DNA from: Ruminococcus sp. | GTDB lineage: Bacteria > Bacillota > Clostridia > Oscillospirales > Acutalibacteraceae | Assembly (NCBI GenBank): GCA_004556705.1 | Contig: SFGA01000002.1 | Span: forward strand, 12,938-76,937 | Length of the DNA: 64,000 nucleotides | Direction: 5' to 3' | In this document: positions 18,344-27,529 of the stretch, piece by piece | Position numbering within the stretch: position 1 is the first letter of the stretch | Layout: each line of letters begins with the position of its first letter | Position numbers and translations under genes: made by a program | The notes under the pieces: generated by a model | Told to the model about the DNA's origin: nothing | What the model saw: the letters and a program-made list of their open reading frames with translations, nothing else | The model's database searches: none

Positions 18344-19384
18344 ATGCTTACATATACCTATGTATCAAAGGGTAATTTTGAATTAAGGGAAAAACCGAAG
18401 CCCGTGCTTCTCAATGAGCGTGACGCAATTGTCAGGGTTACGCTTGCAAGTATTTGTTCAAGCGATTTACACATTAAGCACGGAAGCGTTCCCCGTGCCG
18501 TTCCGGGTATTACCGTAGGCCACGAAATGGTCGGAATTGTCGAAGAAATCGGAAGCGCCGTAACTAATGTAAAGGTCGGCGACAGAGTAACTGTAAACGT
18601 TAAAACCTTTTGCGGAGAGTGCTTTTTCTGCAAGCACGGCTACGTCAACAACTGCACGGACAAAAACGGCGGCTGGGCTCTCGGTTGCCGAATTGACGGA
18701 GGTCAGGCGGAATATGTGCGTGTCCCCTTTGCCGACCATGGATTAAATAAAATTCCCGATACCGTCAGCGACAGACAAGCTTTATTTGTCGGAGACGTGC
18801 TTGCGACAGGCTTTTGGGCTGCTCGCATTTCCGAAATAACCGAGGATGACACCGTGCTTATTATCGGCGCAGGTCCAACGGGATTTTGCACCCTGCTTTG
18901 CGTTATGCTTAAAAATCCAAAGCGTATAATCGTGTGTGAAAAGGACGAAAGCCGTATCAAGTTTATAAATGAGCATTACCCTGAGGTGCTTACGGTTTCA
19001 CCCGAAGGCTGTGCTGACTTTGTTCTTAAAAACAGCGATCACGGCGGCGCAGACAGAGTACTTGAGGTTGCAGGTGCAAGCTCAACCTTCCGTTTGGCTT
19101 GGGAATGTGCAAGACCGAATGCGATTGTAACGGTTGTGGCTCTTTATGACGAAGCGCAAACCTTACCGCTTCCCGATATGTACGGCAAAAACCTAATTTT
19201 CAAAACAGGCGGCGTTGACGGCTGCGACTGCGACGAAACCTTAGAGCTTATCGCACAGGGGAAAATCAACACAGAGCCGTTAATTACACACACCTATCCG
19301 CTTTCAAAAATCGAAGAAGCCTATGACATTTTCGAAAACAAAAAGGAAAATGTAATCAAGGTTGCGGTTGATTGCCGAAAATAA
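18344..19384 (+). CDS. Zinc-dependent alcohol dehydrogenase (MDR superfamily)
   Basis: Catalytic Zn ligands in ICSSDLH...GHEMVGIVEEIG. Structural Zn cluster FCGECFFCKHGYVNNC. Rossmann motif IIGAGPTG. Confidence 0.88.
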   Translation: MLTYTYVSKGNFELREKPKPVLLNERDAIVRVTLASICSSDLHIKHGSVPRAVPGITVGHEMVGIVEEIGSAVTNVKVGDRVTVNVKTFCGECFFCKHGYVNNCTDKNGGWALGCRIDGGQAEYVRVPFADHGLNKIPDTVSDRQALFVGDVLATGFWAARISEITEDDTVLIIGAGPTGFCTLLCVMLKNPKRIIVCEKDESRIKFINEHYPEVLTVSPEGCADFVLKNSDHGGADRVLEVAGASSTFRLAWECARPNAIVTVVALYDEAQTLPLPDMYGKNLIFKTGGVDGCDCDETLELIAQGKINTEPLITHTYPLSKIEEAYDIFENKKENVIKVAVDCRK

Positions 19385-19412
19385 TTTATTATAAAGCAAA
19401 AGAAGTGTAGCA

Positions 19413-20059
19413 ATGAAAAAAATCTTATTCGTCTGCTTGGCTGAGTGTTCATAAGGAAGTATTGGTTTCTCGCATAAAAATCCATTATGCTTTTGCCAAA
19501 AAGCCTCGCAAGGCGACAGCCTTGCATCATTTCTCTAATGCTAACGCATATCTGCGGGGTTTAACGAATTATTGCGCAAAAAGATGTTGTTTTGAAGCAA
19601 AACTTCCTTATGAACACTCAGCCTTATATTTGTCGTTCGCCGATGGCGGAATTTATACTTAAAGATATGGTTAAACGCAAGGGGCTTGAAAGCGAGTTCT
19701 TTATTTCATCAAGTGCAACAAGCGCCGAAGAAATTTGGAACGGCGTGGGAAATCCTGTTTATCCGCCTGCGAGAGCCGTGCTTGAAGCTCACTCGATAAG
19801 CCCCGACGGAAAGCATGCCGTTCAACTGACTGCGAGCGATTATAACAAATATGATTTGCTTATCGGTATGGACAGCGCAAATATAAGAAATATGAAGCGT
19901 ATTCTCCGTGGCGACAGCGACAATAAAATTCGCAAGCTTATGGAATATACGGGAAGCGGCGCAGATGTGTCCGACCCGTGGTACACAAGGGATTTTGAGC
20001 GTTGCTACAAGGATATTTACAAAGGCTGTGAAGCCTTGCTAAAAGCATTAACAGAATAA
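19413..20059 (+). pseudogene. Low-molecular-weight protein-tyrosine phosphatase, interrupted in the P-loop by a 185-bp insertion
   Basis: The 5' piece MKKILFVCL(AECS-stop) runs 19413-19454. The 3' piece YICRSPMAEFILKDM...SDPWY... runs from 19625 to stop 20059 in a different frame (listed ORF 19592..20059). Together they recreate an LMW-PTP except for the Gly-Asn of the C-X-G-N-X-C-R-S loop. Confidence 0.7.
19439..19623. mobile_element. 185-bp non-coding element with perfect 21-bp terminal inverted repeats (MITE-like)
   Basis: GGCTGAGTGTTCATAAGGAAG (19439-19459) is the exact reverse complement of CTTCCTTATGAACACTCAGCC (19603-19623). Internal hairpins occur at 19472-19490 and 19508-19525. No credible ORF and no recombinase nearby. 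No second copy was seen in this window. Confidence 0.5.
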
Positions 20060-20072
20060 AATACTCAACAAA

Positions 20073-20097
20073 AAACGCTGTGCAAAGCACAGCGTTT
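20073..20097. terminator. Bidirectional terminator between the PTP gene and serS
   Basis: Perfect 11-bp stem AAACGCTGTGC / GCACAGCGTTT with loop AAA. T-rich on both outgoing sides. Confidence 0.8.
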
Positions 20098-20112
20098 AAT
20101 TTTTATTTGCTC

Positions 20113-21402
20113 TTATTTGCTTTTCTTTTCGATAAGGCTCTTACCGCCCATATACATTCTAAGCGGCTCGGGAATTCTGACTGTTCCGTCCTCGTTAAGA
20201 TTGTTTTCAAGGTAAGCAATCAACATTCTCGGAGGCGCAACAACCGTGTTGTTAAGCGTGTGTGCAAAATAGTTGCCGTCCTTACCCTTAATTCTGATTC
20301 CGAGACGTCTTGCCTGTGCATCTCCGAGGTTTGAGCATGAGCCAACCTCAAAATACTTCTTCTGTCTGGGGCTCCAAGCCTCAACGTCAAGACTCTTAAC
20401 TTTGAGGTCTGCAAGGTCGCCCGAGCAGCATTCAAGAGTTCTTACCGGAATATCAAGGCTGCGGAAGAAATCAACCGTATTGTTCCAAAGCTTATCGTAC
20501 CACTCGTCGCTCTCCTCAGGCTTACATACAACAACCATTTCCTGCTTTTCGAATTGATGTATTCTGTAAACGCCTCTCTCCTCGATACCGTGTGCGCCGA
20601 CCTCCTTACGGAAGCACGGAGAATAAGAAGTAAGTGCTTTCGGAAGCTCTGCTTCGGGAATGATGCTATCAATAAATTTGCCTATCATTGAATGTTCGCT
20701 CGTGCCGATAAGATAGAGATCCTCGCCCTCAATCTTATACATCATATTTTCCATCTCTGCGAAGCTCATAACGCCCGTTACAACGTCGCTTCTTATCATA
20801 AACGGCGGAACATAATATGTAAAGCCTCTGTCAATCATAAAGTCTCTCGCATACGAGAGAATAGCCGAATGAAGTCTTGCAATATCGCCCGAAAGATAAT
20901 AGAAACCGTTACCGCTTGTCTTTCTTGCGGAATCAAGGTCGATACCGTCAAAAGACTCCATAATGTCAACATGATACGGAATTTCATAATCAGGCACAAC
21001 AGGCTCGCCGAATTTTTCAAGCTCAACATTTTCGCTGTCGTCCTTGCCTATCGGCACATCCTTACCGATAATATTCGGAATGACCATCATTCTCTTTTTG
21101 ATTTCAGCAGCAAGCTCCTGCTCCTTAACCTCAAGAGCTTCAAGTTCCTCGTTGATTTCTTTAACTTTTGCCTTTGCACTTTCAGCTTCATCTTTGAGGC
21201 CTTTGCCCATAAACATACCGATTTCCTTGCTGATACGGTTACGGTCGCCTCTCAATGCGTCGCCCTTTGTTTTTGACTCTCTGTATTCAAGGTCAAGCTT
21301 AATTACCTCGTCAACCAAAGGAAGCTTTTCGTCCTGAAACTTCTTTTTAATATTTTCCTTTACTGCGTCGGGATTTTCCCTTAAAAATTTAATATCAAGC
21401 AT
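20113..21402 (-). CDS. serS: Serine--tRNA ligase
   Basis: MLDIKFLRENPD, an N-terminal coiled-coil arm, and a class II core (TSEHSMIG, FRKEVGAHG, RIHQFEKQEMV, GSCSNLGDAQARRL). Confidence 0.96.
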   Translation of the reverse strand: MLDIKFLRENPDAVKENIKKKFQDEKLPLVDEVIKLDLEYRESKTKGDALRGDRNRISKEIGMFMGKGLKDEAESAKAKVKEINEELEALEVKEQELAAEIKKRMMVIPNIIGKDVPIGKDDSENVELEKFGEPVVPDYEIPYHVDIMESFDGIDLDSARKTSGNGFYYLSGDIARLHSAILSYARDFMIDRGFTYYVPPFMIRSDVVTGVMSFAEMENMMYKIEGEDLYLIGTSEHSMIGKFIDSIIPEAELPKALTSYSPCFRKEVGAHGIEERGVYRIHQFEKQEMVVVCKPEESDEWYDKLWNNTVDFFRSLDIPVRTLECCSGDLADLKVKSLDVEAWSPRQKKYFEVGSCSNLGDAQARRLGIRIKGKDGNYFAHTLNNTVVAPPRMLIAYLENNLNEDGTVRIPEPLRMYMGGKSLIEKKSK

Positions 21403-21433
21403 TTTTATATCCTCCGATATTCTTAATCATTTA

Positions 21434-22297
21434 TTATTCAAGATTTTCAAACTGTTTTGAAAGCTTTTCAAGGTCTGATTTCGAAAAAAACTCAACCTCG
21501 AGAGTTCCGCTTCCGCCCTTTGAAACGAAAACCTTTACTTTTCTGCCAAGCATTTTTGAAAGTGCAATTTCGACCTCATCATAAAAGATGTCACGCTTCT
21601 TTTCACGTTTTTCGGGCGATTTTTTTGTTTTCTGTGCGCTCTTTGCAAGTCGCTCTACGTCACGAACGGAAATTCCGTCCTTAACAACAAGCTGTGCGAC
21701 TCTCGAAGCCTCTGCCGCATCCTCAAACGAAAGCAACGCCCTTGCGTGTCCCATTGAAATTTTGCCGTCTCTTACAAGATTTGAAATATCCTCGGGAAGA
21801 TTGAGCAATCTCAAGCTGTTTGTAACCGCCGTTCTCGATTTGCCGACTTTTTGAGCCGCTTCCTCCTGTGTAAATCCAAATGTGTCAATAAGAGTTTTTA
21901 TTCCCTGCGCTTCCTCGATTGCATTGAGATCCTCTCTGTGCAAATTTTCGATAAGAGCAAAAATGCTCTCCTCTTCATCCGTCATCTCACGGATTGTAAC
22001 GGGAACTTCGGTAACCCCCGCCATCCTTGCCGCACGGTATCTTCTCTCGCCTGCAACAAGACGATAACTGCCGTCCGCCATGGGTCTTACAAGCAACGGC
22101 TGTAAAACTCCGTGTTCTTTTATCGAAGCTGAAAGCTCTGCCAATGCCTGTTCTTCAAATATTTTTCTCGGCTGGTCACGGTTAGGCTCTATTTCGTTAA
22201 TTGAAAGTCTGACACTTTCGCCCGAAGTCGGTTCCATAGCGTTATCATAAATAAGAGCGCTCATACCCTTACCCAAGCCGCCTTTTTTAGCTGCCAT
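21434..22297 (-). CDS. spo0J: Chromosome partitioning protein ParB/Spo0J
   Basis: MAAKKGGLGKGMSALI, the CTP-binding box LVAGERRYRAARMAG, and the HTH QEEAAQKVGKSRTAVTNSLRLL. The start is set at ATG 22297 after AAGGAGG. The track start at 22372 was rejected. Confidence 0.93.
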   Translation of the reverse strand: MAAKKGGLGKGMSALIYDNAMEPTSGESVRLSINEIEPNRDQPRKIFEEQALAELSASIKEHGVLQPLLVRPMADGSYRLVAGERRYRAARMAGVTEVPVTIREMTDEEESIFALIENLHREDLNAIEEAQGIKTLIDTFGFTQEEAAQKVGKSRTAVTNSLRLLNLPEDISNLVRDGKISMGHARALLSFEDAAEASRVAQLVVKDGISVRDVERLAKSAQKTKKSPEKREKKRDIFYDEVEIALSKMLGRKVKVFVSKGGSGTLEVEFFSKSDLEKLSKQFENLE

Positions 22298-22310
22298 ATA
22301 TTTATCCTCC

Positions 22311-22901
22311 TTATGCCTGAGCGTATGCTTTAACTTCTTCCGGATTTGACTTTGCAAAATAATCCTCGTCAAAGAATGATAGTGCGTTTTTACCGTTATT
22401 TGTAGTGGTCACAATAATATATACTCCGCCTTGATACCAAACGTAATTTGTCTTGTTCGTTTCATAGGTCACTACTGCGTGCTTTCCGAATTTTTTATCA
22501 TAAGACGAAATTGCGTCATTGAGAACAAAGCCTGTTTTTTCAGTTGCTGCGTACTGTATCTCACAAAGGCGCATATTGTAGTCATATATAAAATACACTA
22601 CGCTCTCGACGTCTTCGGAAACAAACGGCAATCCGCTCTTTTTTATTGCAAAAAACGGAACTGCACTGTCATTGACTTGAATTTCAGTCTTAACGCCTAA
22701 AGCATTTTGCGTTTCTTCAATGCTCATACCCATTTTTGCACCTAAAACATCTAAATTGCTGTATTTGTATGTAACGGCCTCCGTAGTCTTCCTTTCGGTG
22801 GTAATTATCGGCGCAGGCTCAAACTCCTCGGCTTTTCCGCATGAGGTAAGTAATACGGAAGCTAAAACCAATAAAATTGCTATCGGCGTTATATTTTTCA
22901 T
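22311..22901 (-). CDS. Lipoprotein of unknown function inserted between soj and spo0J
   Basis: ATG 22901 follows GGAGG. The signal peptide with lipobox reads MKNITPIAILLVLASVLLTSC. I recognise no family. There are 14-nt gaps to the soj stop and the spo0J start, and each gap is filled by an RBS. Confidence 0.7.
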   Translation of the reverse strand: MKNITPIAILLVLASVLLTSCGKAEEFEPAPIITTERKTTEAVTYKYSNLDVLGAKMGMSIEETQNALGVKTEIQVNDSAVPFFAIKKSGLPFVSEDVESVVYFIYDYNMRLCEIQYAATEKTGFVLNDAISSYDKKFGKHAVVTYETNKTNYVWYQGGVYIIVTTTNNGKNALSFFDEDYFAKSNPEEVKAYAQA

Positions 22902-22915
22902 ATAACATACCTCCA

Positions 22916-23677
22916 TTACTGCTTTTTCAAAAACTCATCGGCAAGAGCCGCATAGGCAAGCGATCCTTTAGAATTTCTGTCATAATACATAATCGGCTCG
23001 CCAAAGCTCGGTGCTTCCGAAAGTCTGACATTTCTCGGAATGGTTGAGGAATACACCTTTTGCGGAAAGAACTTCTTAACCTCATCAACAACTTGATTTG
23101 TAAGATTCAGTCTGCCGTCATACATTGTAAGAAGCACGCCCTCAATTTCAATATGCGGATTATAAAGCCTTTTAATCTGCCTGACCGTAGCCATAAGCTG
23201 AGCAAGACCTTCGAGAGCATAATATTCGCATTGTATCGGCACAAGAAAGGTATCGCTTGCGCAAAGTGCGTTAATTGTTATAAGACCGAGTGAGGGTGGG
23301 CAATCAAGGAAAATGTAATCGTAATTGTCCCATATTTCCGCAAGAGCCATCTTGACAAGGCTTTCACGCTTTTCAAGCCCAATCATCTCAACCTCTGCTC
23401 CCGCAAGATTCATATCCGACGGAAGTAAATCAACATTTTTGAATTTTGTGTTGATTGCCACATCAGAAGCCTTGACAGAGTTTATAAGCATATCATAAGT
23501 TGAATTTTTGATTTCTCTTTTATTTATACCGTATCCGCTTGTGGAATTTCCCTGTGGGTCAATATCAACAAGCAAAACTTTCTTTCCTAAAGCGCCTATT
23601 GCGGCGGAAAGATTGACAGCAGTTGTGGTTTTACCCACTCCGCCCTTTTGGTTAATAATCGAAATGATTTTAGACAT
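22916..23677 (-). CDS. soj: Chromosome partitioning ATPase ParA/Soj
   Basis: [26 protein letters not shown] (deviant Walker A), [14 protein letters not shown] and [10 protein letters not shown]. Confidence 0.96.
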   Translation of the reverse strand: MSKIISIINQKGGVGKTTTAVNLSAAIGALGKKVLLVDIDPQGNSTSGYGINKREIKNSTYDMLINSVKASDVAINTKFKNVDLLPSDMNLAGAEVEMIGLEKRESLVKMALAEIWDNYDYIFLDCPPSLGLITINALCASDTFLVPIQCEYYALEGLAQLMATVRQIKRLYNPHIEIEGVLLTMYDGRLNLTNQVVDEVKKFFPQKVYSSTIPRNVRLSEAPSFGEPIMYYDRNSKGSLAYAALADEFLKKQ

Positions 23678-23823
23678 TCGCTTTTCACTCCATATATCTT
23701 AAACCCCGAAACGAGTAGTTTTTCTCCATTTCGCAACTAAATTTATTGTGCCGTAATATTATAACATAACAATACGCAAAATTAAACACTTTTTGTCAAA
23801 AACAAGAGATTTTTATAAATATT

Positions 23824-23839
23824 TGTTTCACGTGAAACA
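23824..23839. promoter_or_regulatory. parS site (perfect palindrome)
   Basis: TGTTTCACGTGAAACA matches the Firmicutes parS consensus TGTTNCACGTGAAACA. It lies between noc and soj. Confidence 0.85.
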
Positions 23840-23969
23840 CAGCAAACGGCGAACTCCAAAAGGAATCCGCCGTTTGCTTGTGGATGTGGGGTGTGAAAGA
23901 GAAGGATATGGGTATATATAAAACGGCGAGTGCAACAGGGGTATTTATCACAAACGCCCGTTTTATCGG

Positions 23970-24806
23970 TTATATAGCTTCGTCGGTCTCTCCCGGCAAA
24001 GCTATGCGGAGCTGTTCCGATTTCGGAATACGGACAACATATTCTATGTATTCCTCAGTTTCGCTCCTTGCGGCATCCGCTTCAACACCTGCTCGGCGTA
24101 TCGTGTCAACCGCATGATTTAATGTATTTATAAACAGTCTGACGTCTCTTATGCCTCTCAAAGGATTACGAGAACGGTTGTTTCTGTTTATCATCTGATT
24201 TATCATTCGTTCGCTTTCGGCGACGTTTAAGTGCCTGTCAACTATAATCGAAAGCGCTCTTGCCCGCTGATTATCGTCCTCTAACATCAGCAACGCTCTT
24301 GCGTGGCTCTCTGTCAGTCCCGCCCTTGCAAGCTCAAATCGCATTTCCTCGGGCAAGCGTAAAATTCTCAATTTGTTCGATACCGTTGACGGTGCAAGTC
24401 CGAGCTTTTGAGCCACTTCCTCACGGCTCATTGCATATTCTCCGACAAGCTTTTCAATTGCCTCAGCTTCTTCAAAGAAATTCAAACTCTGTCTTTGCAA
24501 ATTCTCGATTATCGAAAACATTGCGGAGTTTTTATCGTCTATGTTTATGACGATTGACGGTATTTTGACCATTCCGACAAGTCTTGCAGCACGAAGCCGC
24601 CTTTCTCCCGAAACAAGCTCGTATTTCTTGTCCTCCCGTTTTCTTACGGTTATCGGCTGGAGGATTCCGTTTTCCCTTATACTCTGTGCAAGATTTTCCA
24701 ACTCGTCATAATCAAACCTCTTTCTCGGCTGATTTGGATTTGGAACTATCATAGCCTGTGGAATGTTGTATATTTCCGCCGTGCTTTTCACTCTCTGCTG
24801 TTTCAT
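23970..24806 (-). CDS. noc: Noc-like ParB paralog (nucleoid-occlusion-type)
   Basis: ParB N-terminal domain with ELVSGERRLRAARLVG, HTH REEVAQKLGLAPSTVSNKLRIL, and a Noc-like tail DVRLFINTLNHAVDTIRRAGV...EEYIEYVVRIPK. It holds the canonical position between rsmG and soj. Confidence 0.8.
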   Translation of the reverse strand: MKQQRVKSTAEIYNIPQAMIVPNPNQPRKRFDYDELENLAQSIRENGILQPITVRKREDKKYELVSGERRLRAARLVGMVKIPSIVINIDDKNSAMFSIIENLQRQSLNFFEEAEAIEKLVGEYAMSREEVAQKLGLAPSTVSNKLRILRLPEEMRFELARAGLTESHARALLMLEDDNQRARALSIIVDRHLNVAESERMINQMINRNNRSRNPLRGIRDVRLFINTLNHAVDTIRRAGVEADAARSETEEYIEYVVRIPKSEQLRIALPGETDEAI

Positions 24807-24915
24807 AAAAAAGACCTCCGCAACGCTTGTCCTTGTCTAAAGGATAGCACCGCAGAGGTTGTTTGTAAAGAAAAAGCGTTCGTCAAAAATCAACGCTGTT
24901 TCAAGGCTTTCGCCA

Positions 24916-25629
24916 TTATTTTATTGGATTTTTTGCGATTTTTGCCGAAGGTCTCGGATACTTTGTCGGAGTTTGCGAAATCTTTTTAATTTCTATAATT
25001 CGTCTCGGCATTTCTTCGGTCAAATCAAATACTGTATCGTTTTTAATTTTTCCTCCGAGTAGTCCTATAGCATTTTCGGCTGACTTTATTTCATCATCGG
25101 ACGCCGCAGCCTTCATTGAGATAAATTCTCCGCCCACCTTTACAAAGGGCAAGCAATATTCTGAAAGATTTGTGAGATTTGCCACGGCTCTTGCGGTTGC
25201 AAAATCGTATTTTTCACGGTACTGCGGATTTTGCCCTGCCTCCTCCGCCCTTGCGTGAACAACTTCCGCTTTAACGCCTGTTTCATCAAGCACGTTTTGA
25301 ATAAAGCCCAACTTTTTCTTTGTAGAGTCAAGAAAAGTCATTTTTATATCCGGTCTAGTAAGCAAAAACACCAAGCCGGGAAAACCTGCTCCCGTTCCTA
25401 CATCAATAATTTTCGCATTTTCGGGAATATCCACCATCCCAAAAAGAGCAAGGCAATCTGCAAAGTGCTTGACCGTTACATCATCAGGCTCGGTTATTGC
25501 CGTAAGGTTAAAGCTTTTGTTGGTTTCAACAAGCATTTCGGCGTACTTATCAAGCCTTTTAAAAGCGTTATCGTCTATTTCAACTCCGAATTTTTGAATT
25601 GTAGCGTATAGCAATTCCTTGTTTAACAT
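24916..25629 (-). CDS. rsmG: 16S rRNA (guanine527-N7)-methyltransferase
   Basis: FNLTAI....V..KHF.D, the SAM motif IIDVGTGAGFPGL, and position after mnmG. Confidence 0.94.
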   Translation of the reverse strand: MLNKELLYATIQKFGVEIDDNAFKRLDKYAEMLVETNKSFNLTAITEPDDVTVKHFADCLALFGMVDIPENAKIIDVGTGAGFPGLVFLLTRPDIKMTFLDSTKKKLGFIQNVLDETGVKAEVVHARAEEAGQNPQYREKYDFATARAVANLTNLSEYCLPFVKVGGEFISMKAAASDDEIKSAENAIGLLGGKIKNDTVFDLTEEMPRRIIEIKKISQTPTKYPRPSAKIAKNPIK

Positions 25630-25631
25630 AA

Positions 25632-27503
25632 TTAAATCCCCATTTTAGCTAAATAGATAAGTAAAACCGATATATCCGACGGCGAAACTCCCGATATTCT
25701 CGACGCCTGTCCGACGGAATGAGGTCTGATTTTTGACAGCTTTTCCCTTGCCTCAAGTCGCAAGCCGTCGATTGCGTTATAATCTATATCCTTCGGTAAA
25801 AGCTTTACCTCAAGACGTCTCATTTCATTGATTTGTGCCTGCTGCCGCTTTATGTAGCCCTCGTATTTAAGCTCGATTTCCACCTGCTCGAATATTTCAG
25901 GCGGCAAATCGGGACGCTCGGTATCAAACGGTGCAAGGTCGTCATAGCTTATCTGCGGACGTTTTATAAGCTCAATAAGCTTCATTCCTTTGTTCATAGG
26001 TGCTGTTTCACGTGAAACAAGCAGCTTTTGCAAATCCTCCGACACATGTATCGTGGTTTGAGCGGCTCTTTTCATTTCATCCTTGATAAGCTGCATTTTA
26101 TTAAGAAATTTTTGGTAACGCTCGTCGCTTATCAGTCCGATTTCGTGTCCGTACGGTGTGAGCCTTATATCTGCGTTGTCCTGACGGAGCAAAAGTCTAT
26201 ATTCGCTTCTTGAGGTCATCATTCTGTAAGGGTCCATACAGCCTTTCGTAACAAGGTCATCAATAAGAGTGCCTATGTATGAAGATGCACGGTCAAGGAT
26301 AAACGCATCTTTGCCCTGTGCCCTGCGTGCTGCGTTAATACCTGCTATCAAGCCCTGCGCCGCCGCTTCCTCATAGCCTGACGAGCCGTTGAACTGTCCT
26401 GCCCCGTAAAGTCCCGATAAATCAAGAAATTCAAGGCTTGGTTTTAATGCCAACGGGTCAACGCAATCATATTCAATCGCATAAGCTGTTCTCATAACCT
26501 CGACATTTTCAAGACCTTTTATTGTTCTCAAAAACTTCAGCTGAACATCCTCGGGTAAGGATGAGGACATTCCCTGCAAATAAAGCTCTTCCGTGTCAAG
26601 TCCGCACGGCTCAATAAAGAATTGATGGCGTAGCTTATCGGGAAAGCGTACAATTTTATCCTCAAAACTCGGGCAATATCTCGGTCCTACACCTTCGATT
26701 TTACCGCTATATAACGGCGAACGGTGCAGATTATCAAGAATTACCTGTTTTGTATCATCATTTGTGTATGCAATATAGCAAAAAGACTTGTTTCCGTCAG
26801 CCTTTTCGGTTTCAAAAGAAAACGGAGTTTCGGTTTCGTCCCCCTCTTGCTTTTCAAGCACTGAAAAGTCAATGCTTCGTCTGTTTACTCTTGACGGAGT
26901 TCCTGTTTTGAATCTGCGCAACGGTATTCCGAGCTTTTTAAGTGAATTTGATAATTCGGTTGCGGGGAACATTCCGTCAGGTCCGCTTTCATACGAAACT
27001 TCACCGATATAAATTTTACCGCCTAAAAATGTTCCTGTCGCAAGGACAACGCTTTTTGCCGTGTAAATTGCTTCAAGCTTGGTTTTTAATTGCCACAAGC
27101 CGTCGTCAGTCTGTTTCAAGTCAATAATTTCTGCCTGCTTCAGATCAAGGTTTTCCTGAAGCTCAACAACGTGCTTCATATATTTTGAGTATTCACGCCT
27201 GTCTATTTGAGCACGCAGAGAATGAACCGCCGGACCTTTTCCTCGGTTTAACATTCTTGTTTGAATTTGTGTTTTGTCGGCAGCCTTGCCCATTTCTCCG
27301 CCGAGAGCGTCGATTTCACGCACAAGGTGTCCCTTAGAGGTGCCTCCGATAGAGGGATTACACGGCATATTTCCGACCGAATCGAGATTTATGGCAAAAA
27401 TTATCGTTTTTGCGCCGAGCCTTGCCGAAGCAAGAGCAGCCTCAATTCCTGCGTGACCTGCGCCGATTACCGCAACATCATATTCTTTTGCAAAATATTC
27501 CAT
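25632..27503 (-). CDS. mnmG: tRNA uridine-5-carboxymethylaminomethyl synthesis enzyme MnmG (GidA)
   Basis: YDVAVIGAGHAGIEAALASARLG, CNPSIGG..KGHLVREIDALGG and GPRYCPSFEDKIVRF. Confidence 0.97.
   Translation of the reverse strand: MEYFAKEYDVAVIGAGHAGIEAALASARLGAKTIIFAINLDSVGNMPCNPSIGGTSKGHLVREIDALGGEMGKAADKTQIQTRMLNRGKGPAVHSLRAQIDRREYSKYMKHVVELQENLDLKQAEIIDLKQTDDGLWQLKTKLEAIYTAKSVVLATGTFLGGKIYIGEVSYESGPDGMFPATELSNSLKKLGIPLRRFKTGTPSRVNRRSIDFSVLEKQEGDETETPFSFETEKADGNKSFCYIAYTNDDTKQVILDNLHRSPLYSGKIEGVGPRYCPSFEDKIVRFPDKLRHQFFIEPCGLDTEELYLQGMSSSLPEDVQLKFLRTIKGLENVEVMRTAYAIEYDCVDPLALKPSLEFLDLSGLYGAGQFNGSSGYEEAAAQGLIAGINAARRAQGKDAFILDRASSYIGTLIDDLVTKGCMDPYRMMTSRSEYRLLLRQDNADIRLTPYGHEIGLISDERYQKFLNKMQLIKDEMKRAAQTTIHVSEDLQKLLVSRETAPMNKGMKLIELIKRPQISYDDLAPFDTERPDLPPEIFEQVEIELKYEGYIKRQQAQINEMRRLEVKLLPKDIDYNAIDGLRLEAREKLSKIRPHSVGQASRISGVSPSDISVLLIYLAKMGI
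26004..26019. promoter_or_regulatory. parS site (perfect palindrome) inside the mnmG coding sequence
   Basis: TGTTTCACGTGAAACA, identical to the sites at 23824 and 27530. Confidence 0.8.
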
Positions 27504-27529
27504 ATAAAAAACTCCGTTTGAGTCAGTTT

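Noticed and set aside
19439-19623. Interpretation of the 185-bp insert as a group I intron or a retron msr-msd
   Set aside because: It is too short and lacks recognisable group I core pairings. The in-frame U...G splice combinations I tried give CX6R, while other combinations are out of frame. Retron ncRNAs also have flanking inverted repeats, but no reverse transcriptase gene is adjacent. Both remain only remote possibilities and are covered by the RT-PCR test in the main finding.
19462-19662. 66-aa ORF running through the 185-bp element into the PTP gene, and the mirror 69-aa minus ORF 19321..19530
   Set aside because: Both start at non-ATG codons without an RBS, cross the inverted repeat, and run out of frame into flanking genes. 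Their shared FLMNTQP peptide is simply the TIR translated in both orientations.
23889-23897. TGTGGATGT, a 7/9 match to the DnaA box, near the noc-soj parS
   Set aside because: It is a single isolated near-match 8 kb from oriC, with no cluster and no AT-rich unwinding element. It is most likely chance.
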